This document shows positions 11,443 to 22,935 of a DNA stretch of 41,923 nt, piece by piece; position 1 is the first letter of the stretch; every line of letters starts with the position of its first letter. Where the stretch lies: contig NC_068990.1 of assembly GCF_001194135.2 (NCBI RefSeq), forward strand, positions 17,043,910 through 17,085,832, read 5' to 3'. The notes under the pieces were generated by a model. The model saw only the letters and a list, made by a program, of their open reading frames with translations, searched no databases and was not told the origin of the DNA. The translations under genes and the position numbers were made by a program. The stretch is from Octopus bimaculoides (taxonomy: Eukaryota).

Positions 11443-12479
11443 AAAATAAAATTTTTGAATATCCAAATAATCAAACTTACACTGGTCAGTGAAGAATTGT
11501 GAATTGACCAACCAGCTTCTTACCCACCAAGCTAAACAAGTCACTTCACAGACATCCCACAAGCACCTCCACCACCAAGAGCACTGACGTAACGTGGGTT
11601 TCCAGTGTTTGGGACGAAGTAAATATTTCGCCTTCCCTCGGGGTTTCTAGCCTTGTGCCTTAATCAGAAAAATGTTATTACTACTTCGTTTTTGTACTGG
11701 ATTTCAAGGAAGAGAGAAGTCACTGAAAAGGTCACGAATACCAACGAAAGGGGTTTGATTGGCAAACAATCAATTGATTGTTTAACCAACACTTTAAACA
11801 AACGATTGATCAGTTGGTTAGATATTTCACCAATTGACTAACAATAAAGAAGTGATACTTAGCCAGTGTGTGTGTTTATTATTATTGGTGTAATGACCTT
11901 CCCAAGACACAACAAGAATTATTACTTTATTTATTTATTCATTCATTTATTTATTTTTATTTTTTTAAAATTTTGCTCCCCTAACAATGTTGCTTCAAGG
12001 GCAACCGCCCCTGTGGCCCTGCCCACGATGCGTCACAGATCCTCAGAAGAAATTACAAAGTTCCTGAAATCCGTTTATGGTCTCCAAGGTTTTAAAGCCT
12101 GACAACAGTACCTTCAACAGTGGAAAACGGTAGGGAGCAACAACAACAAAAACAACAAGACAATCAAAACAACAACAACGCTACAACAACAAAAATAACA
12201 ACGGTAACGGCGACAGGAACCGCTTCTTACCCGGAAGATACAAGAATCGACCTAAAACTATTCCACAAGTCTTAATAAGGATAATACAGGGAGGCTCGCC
12301 GCACCTGACACCCACAGACAGGCTGTAAAATAAGTCAGTGAGTCTCTTGAGGCGGAATGGAGGTGGGGGGGGGGGAATGAGAGGCAGGGAAGGAAGCAGC
12401 AGAGAATTGNNNNNNNNNNGGGGGGGGGGGGAATGAGAGGCAGGGAAGGAAGCAGCAGAGAATTGAGAGATGAGAAAAC

Positions 12480-12780
12480 AGCGGTGGTGATGCTACTGTT
12501 GTTGTTGTTGGTGGTGGTGGCTTCCGTGAAGCTGTTGCTGCTGGTGGTAGTGGTGGTGTTAGCGGAGTTGGTTTCTTTTTGTTGTTGGTGTTGCTGGCTG
12601 ATGGTGATTGTGACGGTGATGGAATTGGTTGATGATGGTGGTGGGGGTGTCAGTGGAACTGATGCTGTTGTTGATGGCGGCGTAGTTGTTGCTAGCCATA
12701 TTGATGAAATGTTGTGGTGGTGATGATGATGATGATGATGATGGTGGTGGCGGTGGTGATGTTGGTGGTGCGACCGACCG
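12480..12780. repeat. Mixed trinucleotide low complexity (GGT/GTT/GAT)
   Basis: Direct reading. It gives the poly-H/T/V ORFs. Confidence 0.85.
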
Positions 12781-12849
12781 AGCTGCAGTTGTTTGAGTGT
12801 TGTATAGCTGCAGGTGAAAAGGAAGGGCGACTTAACGCTTCCGTCATTG

Positions 12850-12975
12850 GCTTGTAGCTTATTATTCGAACAACGCTCGATCAAAGACACTCTGGTCATG
12901 ACCACCCGGTAGACTATGATTCGAGGAATATTTGTTTGTTATTTCTAGCAGGCCTATCAATCGCATTAAGGCTCC
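12850..12975 (-). mobile_element. Module F copy with an internal deletion
   Basis: Minus strand cctgctagaaataacaaacaaatattcctcgaatcat...gggtggtcatgaccagagtgtctttgatcgag matches the copies at 20.3 and 36.9 kb. Confidence 0.6.
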
Positions 12976-13939
12976 CGCGTTGATGTTCGCTGTTGATGTC
13001 GATGATGATNNNNNNNNNNNNNNNNNNNNNNNNNNNNNNNNNNNNNNNNNNNNNNNNNNNNNNNNNNNNNNNNNNNNNNNNNNNNNNNNNNNNNNNNNNN
13101 NNNNNNNNNNNNNNNNNNNNNNNNNNNNNNNNNNNNNNNNNNNNNNNNNNNNNNNNNNNNNNNNNNNNNNNNNNNNNNNNNNNNNNNNNNNNNNNNNNNN
13201 NNNNNNNNNNNNNNNNNNNNNNNNNNNNNNNNNNNNNNNNNNNNNNNNNNNNNNNNNNNNNNNNNNNNNNNNNNNNNNNNNNNNNNNNNNNNNNNNNNNN
13301 NNNNNNNNNNNNNNNNNNNNNNNNNNNNNNNNNNNNNNNNNNNNNNNNNNNNNNNNNNNNNNNNNNNNNNNNNNNNNNNNNNNNNNNNNNNNNNNNNNNN
13401 NNNNNNNNNNNNNNNNNNNNNNNNNNNNNNNNNNNNNNNNNNNNNNNNNNNNNNNNNNNNNNNNNNNNNNNNNNNNNNNNNNNNNNNNNNNNNNNNNNNN
13501 NNNNNNNNNNNNNNNNNNNNNNNNNNNNNNNNNNNNNNNNNNNNNNNNNNNNNNNNNNNNNNNNNNNNNNNNNNNNNNNNNNNNNNNNNNNNNNNNNNNN
13601 NNNNNNNNNNNNNNNNNNNNNNNNNNNNNNNNNNNNNNNNNNNNNNNNNNNNNNNNNNNNNNNNNNNNNNNNNATTTCACAAATATACAAGCTTATACAC
13701 ATAGCTGACTCACGCACACACAATTGCCATTGTCACACGTACAAACACACATTTGCAGGTACGTACACGAAGATATACACCTGCTGTTTGTAATGTACAC
13801 TCCATCTTAATCACTCATTTTCTTTTTACTACACACACGCGCGCGCGTGTGCAGGTTCGGTTCACTCATACACACCACTCACCACTATCGCATACATACA
13901 TAACCGAGCTGGTATAAGCACTCACTCCTCACATATCGT

Positions 13940-14065
13940 TTGTTTTTACGTTCTGAGTTCAAATTCCGCCGAGGTCGACTTTGCCTTTCCTCCTTTCGGG
14001 GTACCAGTTGCGACTGGCCCCCACCTCCCCAAAAATTTCGGGCCTTGTGCTTAGAGTAAAAAAGA
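13940..14065 (+). mobile_element. 5'-truncated SINE family A with an internal deletion
   Basis: tttacgttctgagttcaaattccgccgaggtcgactttgcc...cctttcggggtaccagttgc...gggccttgtgc. Confidence 0.85.
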
Positions 14066-14518
14066 TTATTATAAACTCACATACATATAAACACAGACTA
14101 GACTCCTACCCATACATTCATACCAACCAAACAGGCACACACACACACATCTCAGACACCTACTCAAAGTTTTTATCTCCGCTCTTCAAGCAACGACTTA
14201 TTTCTCCTCCAACAGAGGTGAGTTATTACTCCAAGTTTAGTAGTTTCGTCTGAATCACCAGAAAGGTATTCCATCATCATGCGTGAATATAGAATAATAT
14301 CATATAATAGTATTAGATGGCACCATCTGTTGGTTCTGATGAACCCACCAACCCTCTTACTACATCCCACCAGCATCACAGGCAGCAGTTGTTTGAAATT
14401 TTTTTACTTGTTTTATCCTCAGCTTTTTATTTCATATTTTAGCATCCCGCCTCATTTGCCTCTATCACGACTGCCTATTTCGTTAACCAGTTTAATAATA
14501 ATAATATATAAGGAGTGA

Positions 14519-14640
14519 AAAGGCGGTGAGCTGGCAGAAACGTTAAACACGCCGGGTGAAATGCTTAGCGGTATTTCGTCTGTCTTTACGTTCTGAGTTC
14601 AAATTCCGCTCAGGTCGACTTTGCCTTTCATCATTTCGGT
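14519..14640 (+). mobile_element. 3'-truncated SINE family A
   Basis: aggcggtgagctggcagaaacgttaaacacgccggg...gtcgactttgcctttcatc. Confidence 0.9.
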
Positions 14641-14695
14641 CATATAATAATATAAATAATATGGCATTCGATAATATAAATAATATATAAATATA

Positions 14696-14991
14696 TAGGA
14701 TCTTTTTTAAAACGGGGGTCACATTTTTCATTAATGTTTTACGTAGTGTTTTTGGTACCGAAAGATTTTCAAACTTCGTATACTTATCTATTTTGTGTTA
14801 TAGAATGGACGTCAGTGATTGGTTGAAATTACAGAAATACGACAACTTTAACATGGAATAACTTAGGGATTTCTTTTTTTTTAAGAAGACTAAGAGAAAA
14901 AGATGTTTTATATGACACATTCTACCAGTGTTCCAAGTTTCAAAGTGTTTCGTTAATGAAAAATGTGGCCCCCGTTTTAAAAAAGATCCTA
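14696..14991. mobile_element. Tc1/mariner-type MITE, 296 bp, TA TSD
   Basis: TIR TAGGATCTTTTTTAAAACGGGGG(T/C)CACATTTTTCATTAA has 1 mismatch over 39 bp. TA on both flanks. Confidence 0.85.
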
Positions 14992-15229
14992 TATGTCTAT
15001 ATACATACATATATGTACATACCTACATATATATGTATATATACATGCATATATGGGTACATGACATAAAAAAAACGTTGAACACAGTGAGAAACGAGAA
15101 CATAAGAAACAAAAGCATGGAAAACGAACTTTTTTCGAACAACGAAAGAAACAAATAGAGACACGAGACGGGCAACATAAAGAACAATCCCTTCATCAGT
15201 TGTCCCCAGATTTATCTACTCCGCGTAAA

Positions 15230-15405
15230 AATGCCAAATTTCCTTCAAGTCACACCATCGTCTCAAAGAAAAAAGAATACAGATAATATATTCCCACGTG
15301 TTTCTAAAAATAGACGGGATAGTCACGACTGGAATATCTTCATCATAAGGTCTGTTTGACCGGGGTTGACCTGTGGCCAAACCACAGCAAGAACATCAAC
15401 AAGCC
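15230..15405 (+). mobile_element. Module F copy
   Basis: ccaaattccttcaagtcacaccatcgtctcaaag...agacgggatagtcacgactggaatatcttcatcataaggtctg...ttgacctgtggccaaaccacagcaagaacatcaac. Confidence 0.65.
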
Positions 15406-16445
15406 TTAATGAGTCAGTCCATTCGTTTCCTCGATGATTTGGAAAACGGAAGTCCCATAGTTTAGTGACCCTCATCATTCAGAGTTCAATCGCGCGCGCA
15501 CACACTCACATACGTATAGACAGATATATATATATATTACGGAGATGTACTTGCATAGCAAGTGACCTGATCTGAGATCGTGTGCTGGAACGAAAACAAT
15601 TGCAGCGTGGAAGGAGTTTATAAGCCATTTAAAATAACAGGTCGCGGTCTCAAAGCGACGAAAATATTTTGACAAATTAAATTTAAATGTTGAAGTGAAT
15701 CTGACGGCTTTTGAGTGTTATTTTAAATGGCTTATAANNNNNNNNNNNNNNNNNNNNNNNNNNNNNNNNNNNNNNNNNNNNNNNNNNNNNNNNNNNNNNN
15801 NNNNNNNNNNNNNNNNNNNNNNNNNNNNNNNNNNNNNNNNNNNNNNNNNNNNNNNNNNNNNNNNNNNNNNNNNNNNNNNNNNNNNNNNNNNNNNNNNNNN
15901 NNNNNNNNNNNNNNNNNNNNNNNNNNNNNNNNNNNNNNNNNNNNNNNNNNNNNNNNNNNNNNNNNNNNNNNNNNNNNNNNNNNNNNNNNNNNNNNNNNNN
16001 NNNNNNNNNNNNNNNNNNNNNNNNNNNNNNNNNNNNNNNNNNNNNNNNNNNNNNNNNNNNNNNNNNNNNNNNNNNNNNNNNNNNNNNNNNNNNNNNNNNN
16101 NNNNNNNNNNNNNNNNNNNNNNNNNNNNNNNNNNNNNNNNNNNNNNNNNNNNNNNNNNNNNNNNNNNNNNNNNNNNNNNNNNNNNNNNNNNNNNNNNNNN
16201 NNNNNNNNNNNNNNNNNNNNNNNNNNNNNNNNNNNNNNNNNNNNNNNNNNNNNNNNNNNNNNNNNNNNNNNNNNNNNNNNNNNNNNNNNNNNNNNNNNNN
16301 NNNNNNNNNNNNNNNNNNNNNNNNNNNNNNNNNNNNNNNNNNNNNNNNNNNNNNNNNNNNNNNNNNNNNNNNNNNNNNNNNNNNNNNNNNNNNNNNNNNN
16401 NNNNNNNNNNNNNNNNNNNNNNNNTGTATGTATGTATGTATGTAC

Positions 16446-16493
<48 letters not shown>

Positions 16494-16504
16494 GCATGTA
16501 TGTA

Positions 16505-17156
16505 TGTGTGCAGATTTGTATGTTCTGCTTTATCTATGTATTCTCATGCATGTAGTTGCACATCTAAACATGCTCATATATATTTAAATGATAAACCTCT
16601 GGAAAGTTTTACAGATTTTTACAGTTCCAGTGATGGATTGGATCTGTAGTCTTCGAATTAGCTTTCTCCTTTCTGGTTTTGAGAAGCCTAATTTCTCAAG
16701 ATTGGTATTTAGGCAGTGTGTTACATATCCCAGGGGCCCCAATAATTACAAGTATAAGCCTGAACTTGTAATCTGGATAGAGTAACCGCAGATTTCTCAA
16801 TTGTTCAGCGTAGGTATTCTCTTTTTCACTGACCTTCAGTGTTACGTTAACATCCGCTGGGCAGCTAATTTCCACAACTGTACACGGTTTCTCTTCTCTA
16901 TCCCAAATCATTATATCAGGTCTGTTGTGCTTACATTTTACTGAGGCCTTTACTGGGACATTCCACCAATACTCCTTTTTATTATGAGTGGCTATGGCTT
17001 CTACCATGCTGTGTGTTCTTATTTCTTTGTCCTTGGGGTTATCCTTCCGACGGATTTCATTATAGTGTGTCCTAGCTACAGCATCATGTCTCATCGGTAG
17101 ATAATACCGTGAGGACATGTTCGGACAACTGCTTATGATGTAGGTGACATCTTCGG
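16505..17156 (-). mobile_element. 5'-truncated R4/Dong-clade non-LTR retrotransposon (RLE endonuclease end plus 3' UTR)
   Basis: Translation gives EDVTYIISSC (end of CCHC knuckle, H mutated to Y), RHD, HNRPDIMIWD...VVEISCP (PD-(D/E)xK-like) and K...Y. After a 1-bp frameshift near 16735 it continues ALGYVTHCLNTNLEKLG...LQIQSITGTVKICKTFQRFII*, with the stop at 16584-16586. Confidence 0.85.
16584..17156 (-). pseudogene. Retrotransposon ORF C-terminus (restriction-like endonuclease domain), frameshifted
   Basis: Motifs as above. The N-terminal HT/YI-rich part of ORF 16696..17313 is microsatellite, not protein. Confidence 0.85.
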
Positions 17157-17353
17157 TACGTACGTACGTACATATGAATTTGTGTATGTATATATGTATG
17201 TATGTATACATGTGTGTATGCATGTATGTGTGTATGTATGTATGTATGTGTGTATGTATNNNNNNNNNNGTGTGTATGTATGTATGTATGTATGTATGTA
17301 TGTATGTATACAAACATATATGACTGCGCTTGTGTGTTTATAGTTAGGCAGCG

Positions 17354-17396
<43 letters not shown>

Positions 17397-18206
17397 GTCA
17401 GGCATATAGATGGGTAGATATCAATTCCAACTACATCCTTGAAAAAGAAAACCTAATTTACAGTTTTTATTTATTTATTGTTTTTGTTTTTTTACTAGGA
17501 TAGTTATTTTCATCATAGAATGGTCATTTCCTTCAGGAATATTTACAGGAAGAGAAATAAGTTGTAGTGTGGGTGGTAGAGCGTGTACTTGAGACTTGAA
17601 AGAAAACAGCTATGAAACCCTGTCTGCAAGCTCTTTTTGCTTGCAGTAAAATTTACTGACGTCACCTAATGATTTCAAGAAAGGAATGAACGCAAGCCAT
17701 TCCCGTTTTCTCCTTCTTCCCCCTTCTCTCTCTCTCTCTCTCTCTCTTACACACACACACACGCACGTACACACACACACATACACACACACACACACAC
17801 GCACGTACACACACACACACATACACACAATTTATAAATACATTAGAGTGTTACCGTTGATATGAAGGGTAACTCTGGAAGTATATTTTTACCATCAAGG
17901 GTAATATCAGGAAACATGGCATACGTATAAGAATTATAANNNNNNNNNNNNNNNNNNNNNNNNNNNNNNNNNNNNNNNNNNNNNNNNNNNNNNNNNNNNN
18001 NNNNNNNNNNNNNNNNNNNNNNNNNNNNNNNNNNNNNNNNNNNNNNNNNNNNNNNNNNNNNNNNNNNNNNNNNNNNNNNNNNNNNNNNNNNNNNNNNNNN
18101 NNNNNNNNNNNNNNNNNNNNNNNNNNNNNNNNNNNNNNNNNNNNNNNNNNNNNNNNNNNNNNNNNNNNNNNNNNNNNNNNNNNNNNNNNNNNNNNNNNNN
18201 NNNNNN

Positions 18207-18274
<68 letters not shown>

Positions 18275-18278
<4 letters not shown>

Positions 18279-18437
18279 GTTTCCCTCACTCACCGTTTGA
18301 CAATCGGTGTTGATTTGTTTACTTCCCTGCAACTTAGCAGTTTGGCAAAGCGACCGATAGAATAAATACCGGGCTTAGAAATCAGTACTGTGATCAACTT
18401 GTTCGATTAAAACCCTTCAAGGCGGTGCCCCAGCATG
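18275..18437 (+). mobile_element. SINE family B 3' half, following (TG)n and a gap
   Basis: accgtttgacaatcggtgttgatttgtttac...aacttagcagtttggcaaagcgaccgatagaataaatacc...aggcggtgccccagcatg matches 1930-2070. Confidence 0.8.
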
Positions 18438-19724
18438 TGTGTTTATTTGGCAAAAAAGAAATAGAACGGACCATCCCGAAATATAACAATATCTGTTTCA
18501 ACACACGACTTCACATCAAGAATCTTGCAACACAAATTCATAAACGTATACACACACACACACACACACACACACAACATATATAGGTGAATAACTTCCG
18601 AGCTGTGCGGACTATACCGAACTGGCTCAAACCGAAGTAGTTTAAACATCCAAAGTACTTTGACTCTGGGGTACGTTGACCATCCAGGAAGGCGGTCATT
18701 AAAATGCGGGCAGTAGTAAAACGTGTGGCCACAGAGGAGTATCCAGGGCTCATAATCAGGACCCTTAGTGTATAAGGAACTAAGTCCCAGCCCCAAACAC
18801 TTGAATCAGGTAACGTGTGGTGCTGGCTCTTTTATTGACGTTTCGGGCTTAAGTTCTTCGACAGTAAGTGACGAGAGGAAAAAAACGGAGAGAGAAACAC
18901 GTGTATCGAGATTAACAGTTTAACATGGTGAAAGACCGGAAGGAAGAGGCTGATTAAAGTGTAGATAACAGTGACCCAACTGAACTGGGGTGCGCATCAT
19001 GTGTGTATGTCTAAAATCGGCAGTTTTAAGAGTAACTCAAGGGCAGATAATTTCGTGTATGATAGAAAACTCCTGAGCCTTGCATCACATTAGTAATCTT
19101 TTGCCAATAAAAATTACACCCACACACTAAAGTATTGAGTTCTATTTTCCTGTTTGTTCTACCAACCTCTATGCATACACACCCACGTATGTACATATGT
19201 AAACACACACACACTGCCCTTGTGCTAATGTAACATCAAAGTAAATAAACTACTTTTTCAATGCCACCTGCTTATAATTTATCTCCTCTTCCTTCTCCTC
19301 TCGCCTCTTCAATCTCCCCCTTCCCCTCATCCTCTTCACTACTCTCCTCCTCTTCCTCCTGCCTCTTCTCTACCACCACCACCATCACCATCATTAAAAT
19401 GGACGTCGGTGTCGTCTCATTTTCTGGTTAGCCGACATCTTGAGTTTGACTTTTTATTCAAGAATTAATTAATTGACTCAACAACTTTTTGTAATTATGT
19501 GGCGGATGAATGGCCTTATACAATAAATGAATCACACAAGCGCGCGCGCACACACACACACACACACACAAGCTTACTTACAGTAGTGTCTCCCCCACCC
19601 CCTGGCCAACGTTACCCCACAACACAAACATACTAACTGGCTAGTCACGTGGTCTGACGCAACTTCCCATTCAATTCACCGCCATATTAAACTGTTTCAT
19701 TGTTAGGGGTAGCAGGTCGAGACC

Positions 19725-19881
19725 ATTATTATTATTATCAATATCATTATTACTATTATCATTATCATTATTATTATTATCATTATCATTATTAATTTTA
19801 TTATCATTATTATTATTATCATTATCATTATTAATTTTATTATCATTATTATTATTATTATTATCATTATTAATTTTATTA

Positions 19882-19950
<69 letters not shown>

Positions 19951-20280
19951 TCAACAGCAGCAGTAGTATCAACAGCATCGTCACCACCACCATCATCATC
20001 ATCATCATCATCAAATATTTACTGTACTTAAGATGAAGTAGACTTTGTAAAAATGCAATTACAATGGGTTGCTTGAATTGTCATCATCATCATTGTCGTT
20101 GTCATCACAACCATCATACCATCACCTTCATCATCATTTGTCATTTCATATTAATCACCTTCGTTGTTTCTGACATCAATTTCATTTCTATTATCTCTGC
20201 CCACCCCTATTATGACCATCACTACCAACATCACCATCATCATCATCATCATCATCATTATCACCACCATCATCGTCGAA
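19725..20280. repeat. Trinucleotide mosaic (ATT/ATC)-(AGT)-(AGC)-(ACC)-(ATC), plus a (CAT/CAC) tract
   Basis: Direct reading. It includes three copies of attaattttattatcattatt. Confidence 0.9.
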
Positions 20281-20299
20281 CGTCTCTGTCACCGTTTAA

Positions 20300-20490
20300 G
20301 ATACTAGTAATAGCAGCCAAATCTTCCTCAGATCACGCGTTACCATCTCTAAAAACGAATAACTCATTAGATGGTGCCATTCCAAGCACACTATGTATGT
20401 AGAATAAGAATAAAGGGCAGGGTGTTCATGGGTGGAACGCCTTTAATCATAAGTTTATTCTATCATAGCTGACCCATGAGGATGGAGCGA
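20300..20490 (+). mobile_element. Module F copy
   Basis: actagtaatagcagccaaatcttcctcagatcac...gggtgttcatgggtggaacgcctttaatcataag...agctgacc. Confidence 0.6.
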
Positions 20491-20747
20491 AATAAACAGT
20501 AAAAACTGCAACTATTTTATTGATTTGATGTATTTTATGTATTTATTTCAATCAGTTCTTGGCAGCAAGATTATGAACGAAAGCGTCTTGTGTTAAGCAC
20601 CTTCCTTAAAATCTTAAGAAGGCCTTGTAGATTTTTGTAGTCCAAAATACTGCGACCATTTGTATGTATGTATGTATGTATGTATGTATGTATGTATGTA
20701 CAAAGTGAAATACCACCACCATCACCTTTACATATAATCCTTTCTAC

Positions 20748-20935
20748 TATAGGCTCGAAACTTTTTGGGAGGGAGGGGGCTAGTTGATTAGATCGACCGC
20801 AGTACATAACTGATACTTAGTTTATCGACCCCGAAAGGATGAAAGGCAAAGTCGACCTCGGCGGAATTTGAACTCAGAACGCAGTGGCAGACGAAATACC
20901 GCTAAGCATTTTGCCCGGCGTGCTAACGTTTCTGT
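20748..20935 (-). mobile_element. SINE family A lacking the first ~14 nt
   Basis: tttatcgaccccgaaaggatgaaaggcaaagtcgacctcggcggaatttgaactcagaacg...gcccggcgtgctaacgtttctg. Confidence 0.9.
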
Positions 20936-21767
20936 ATTGAGCTGTATTTAATAACCAGTTGATCTAGCAAGCGGGGCCTCATATCATTGATGCTGTCGAG
21001 AGGTAGGCCCCGAAACGGCACGCATTCTCTCCTGATGACCCCATACACTTGCTGGCTTCCGGTATGCGGAGTTCTCGACTGGTAGCACTTGCATGTACAA
21101 GTTGTTTGCAAAACATCTAAGAAGCTAAAATGAAGTTGGTATCAACCATACGACTCTACTTTCTTCACCATGGTGGTGTTTGACAAGTTTAAAAGGTTTT
21201 TAAAACTGTTTTTATTCTATCAAACATAATAATTTGTCTACTCATTTATTTTTACGAATCTGAACACCCTTTTCTATGAGAAATATTAACTCAGGGTGTA
21301 TGTATGTTTGCCATTGGAGATTTTGATGTGCTTTTGGGTTTGGTTTAGAAACAATGGAATACTTGGACGGGGAGAAAAAAGCAAAAAAAAAAAAAACAAG
21401 ACAAAATTTAACCAGCTGCAACTCATATCCTATATTGCCAGATATTTAATAATTACGCATTGTTTNNNNNNNNNNNNNNNNNNNNNNNNNNNNNNNNNNN
21501 NNNNNNNNNNNNNNNNNNNNNNNNNNAACAATAAACCGTCATAAACGTGGTGAACAGCGAGAATGAAAACGATGACCTGCTTATCTATTCTTAGCACGCT
21601 TTTGGCAGATTCGAAGATAAACATGCGAAACACTATTGTACTTCGTAACTGGAGAACAGCCTCCCCACGACGACAAATGTGATCATAATACATTCGACCT
21701 ATAAGCACAAGGGATTATGGGACAGCTGGTGTTTTGACATCGCTGTGTCTAATATACAAGCATAATT

Positions 21768-21839
21768 AAGGCAGCGAGCTGGCAGAATCGTTAGCATACC
21801 GGGCAAAATGTTTAGCGATAGTCCGTCCGTTTTTACGTA
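21768..21839 (+). mobile_element. SINE family A, 5' half, split by the pogo-like insertion
   Basis: aggcagcgagctggcagaatcgttagcataccggg...ttttacgTA; the SINE resumes at 23542. Confidence 0.85.
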
Positions 21840-22877
21840 ACGTGAAATGGAGTAACTTTGAACAAAATATGATATTTTGTTTCCTCTTATTGTTTGTTAC
21901 TAAAGTTTCTTAAAGAATTGCTTAGATTTGTTGTTAAACTTTAGAATCATATTTCTATGATAATATAATTTCAATACATAAAGTAAAATTTCTAAATATA
22001 ACTTTGATTATCCACTCAAAGAAAGAATTTGTCAACTCCTTCAAATTCCAGCAAAACAAACATTTTTGCATGAAATGAATATTTTTGTCAGTATCTAAAG
22101 CACTTCTTGCATAAAAGATATAAGCTTTTTTTAAAATATGATGTTAATATAACGAGTTAATAATTTTCTATTGAAGTGTTTTTATAACTTTGGTACCTTT
22201 GTAAAAACTTGTATAACATGACATGTCCCCTCTTTGATTATCTAGTGGGGTTACTTTGAACGGCGTTCAAAGTAACCCCGATCACTGTTTCCGGCAGTAA
22301 GCAAGCTGCTACTACTCAATTCCACACATATGCTTCAACCACTTGACATGGAACTCTATGGGCTTCTTAAAAAAAGTAGGAGAAAAATCTTAAATGACTG
22401 GAAGGCCTATGGCAGGAAGAATTCAACGACCTAAACTAAAGATGCTTTTCCTGCTCTGCTCACACAGCTGCATGCTGCTCTCTTTCCTGGCGGTGTCACT
22501 CACAGCAAGAATCTGGAAAATGGGTTCATGAAATGTGGAATTCACCCTTTTCATTTAGACAAAGTTTTGGATCAGCTATCAGACCGTGAAATGAGCAAAG
22601 AAAACGATGAAGTCATCAATGTAAGAGTTTCAGATGTTGTGTTGGGAATACTAAAGTCAATGAGAGGAGTAGATGAGAGCAGACCAAAGAAAAGACGAAA
22701 GAAGTTGAACGTTACCCTTGTCAAAATTATAAGTGCTGAGGACATCAGTGCTTCTGGTAGTGAAATGATGGCCACCAGTTCATCAACAGTTTTAGAGAAG
22801 CATGGAGAAAGAGAGCAGCAAGAGAATTTGCATGATGAAGAGCTAAACTCTGTGGATAGTGATGTTTCTATGAATGA

Positions 22878-22935
<58 letters not shown>

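Noticed and set aside
11764-11783. Perfect 20-bp palindrome aaacaatcaattgattgttt
   Set aside because: It is isolated and AT-rich, with no associated element or TSD.
12361-12465. Direct repeat of ~45 bp around a 10-N gap
   Set aside because: Near-identical sequence on both sides of a nominal gap is a typical unmerged contig overlap.
17625-17665. Small hairpins (ctgcaagc/gcttgcag; similar ones at 38573 and 13835)
   Set aside because: Short stems are expected by chance, and bacterial-style terminators are irrelevant in this context.
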